Below are positions 43,339 to 43,946 of a stretch of DNA of 43,946 bases, piece by piece. The notes under the pieces are model-generated. The model searched no databases. It was not told where the DNA came from and saw nothing but the letters and a program-made list of their open reading frames with translations. Numbering within the stretch: the first letter of the stretch is position 1; the number at the start of each line of letters is the position of its first letter. The position numbers and the translations under genes are program-made. The DNA lies in the IMG/VR virus record IMGVR_UViG_3300017912_002579, positions 1 through 43,946 of that record; one strand, written 5' to 3'. This DNA comes from a virus. Taxonomy: Duplodnaviria > Caudoviricetes.

Positions 43339-43946
43339 ATGGCCGACCGCAAAATTACTGATCTGACTGCTCTTGCTGCAGGTAGTCAGGCAACGGACGA
43401 CTTGCTGACGATCGTGGACGTTAGCGAGGGTGCTGCGGCCGATAAGAACAAAAAGATCACGGTTGAAAGCCTGTTTAAGGGTATTCCTGGAAATGTTGGC
43501 ATCGGAACCTCGTCGCCTGGGAGAAAGTTAGATGTAAGTGGCGTTATTCGTGCTGACGGCACAAGTGGAGCGCTCGCTTTTGGTGGAAACAGCAGTACAC
43601 CCTCAGAAGGTTGCGCTATTCACCGTCCCGCAAGCGACCAAATGGCGTTTGTGACTAACAACACCGAGGCGATGCGAATCAACAGCTCTGGAAACGTAAT
43701 TATTGGGACAACAACAGCAGCACCTGAATCTGATTTAACAGTAAGAGCTGTAAGTCCGTATCTTTCCTTGTATGCAACACCAGGAAATGACTCTCGTATA
43801 AACATGGGCGATACCGATAACTATCATATTGGAATGATCGCTTATGCAAATTCTGACAACTCAATGCGTTTCACGACAAACGCATCTGAGCGGATGCGAT
43901 TACTTGCAGGTGGCGGTTTAACTTTTAACGGCGACACGGCTGCTGC
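43339..43946 (+). CDS. Tail fibre-like protein, 3'-truncated by the window edge
   Basis: Read by hand: MADRKITDLTALAAGS...KKITVESLF...GNVGIGTSSP...MRINSSGNVIIG; open to the end; homologous to the N-terminus of 354-5471. Confidence 0.8.
   Translation, partial: MADRKITDLTALAAGSQATDDLLTIVDVSEGAAADKNKKITVESLFKGIPGNVGIGTSSPGRKLDVSGVIRADGTSGALAFGGNSSTPSEGCAIHRPASDQMAFVTNNTEAMRINSSGNVIIGTTTAAPESDLTVRAVSPYLSLYATPGNDSRINMGDTDNYHIGMIAYANSDNSMRFTTNASERMRLLAGGGLTFNGDTAA

Noticed and set aside
43063-43946. Simple direct terminal repeat proving a complete circular genome
   Set aside because: Exact identity lasts only 53 bp and the window continues about 800 bp into different sequence, so completeness is likely but not proven.
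1-43946. tRNA, rRNA, integrase, DNA methyltransferase, photosynthesis genes (psbA/hli)
   Set aside because: None recognised by eye in the ORF track or intergenic regions; absence was not confirmed by a search.

Overview
This window looks like a near-complete genome (about 43-44 kb) of a tailed dsDNA siphovirus. It most likely infects marine picocyanobacteria (Synechococcus-type), judging from its cyanobacterial group-2-like sigma factors and gene families typical of cyanophages. Layout: (i) 1-5.9 kb, tail-fibre C-terminus and a giant repeat-rich fibre; (ii) 6-10.6 kb, exported/membrane proteins, a C39 peptidase lysin and dCTP deaminase; (iii) 10.6-16.1 kb, a leftward operon (RecE-like exonuclease, ERF, Xis-like, SSB-like, purZ, mazZ, datZ, two uncharacterised genes, sigma factor); (iv) 16.1-20.9 kb, SF2 helicase, VRR-NUC nuclease, TOPRIM-VirE primase/helicase and a candidate origin; (v) 20.9-24.2 kb, small genes under repeated sigma70-type promoter cassettes plus a second, truncated sigma factor; (vi) 24.3-43.9 kb, terminase, portal, head genes and a lambda-like tail (tube, G/GT frameshift, tape measure, M, L, K, I, J, fibre). 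The headline is a complete purZ-mazZ-datZ cluster of the cyanophage S-2L type, predicting a 2-aminoadenine (Z) genome. It is co-transcribed with a candidate extra nucleotide pyrophosphatase and a sigma factor. I could not recognise a DNA polymerase, PrimPol, integrase or methyltransferase anywhere in the window. The two ends of the window carry two different alleles of the same tail-fibre tip. All calls come from motif recognition and recollection of protein families; no searches were run.
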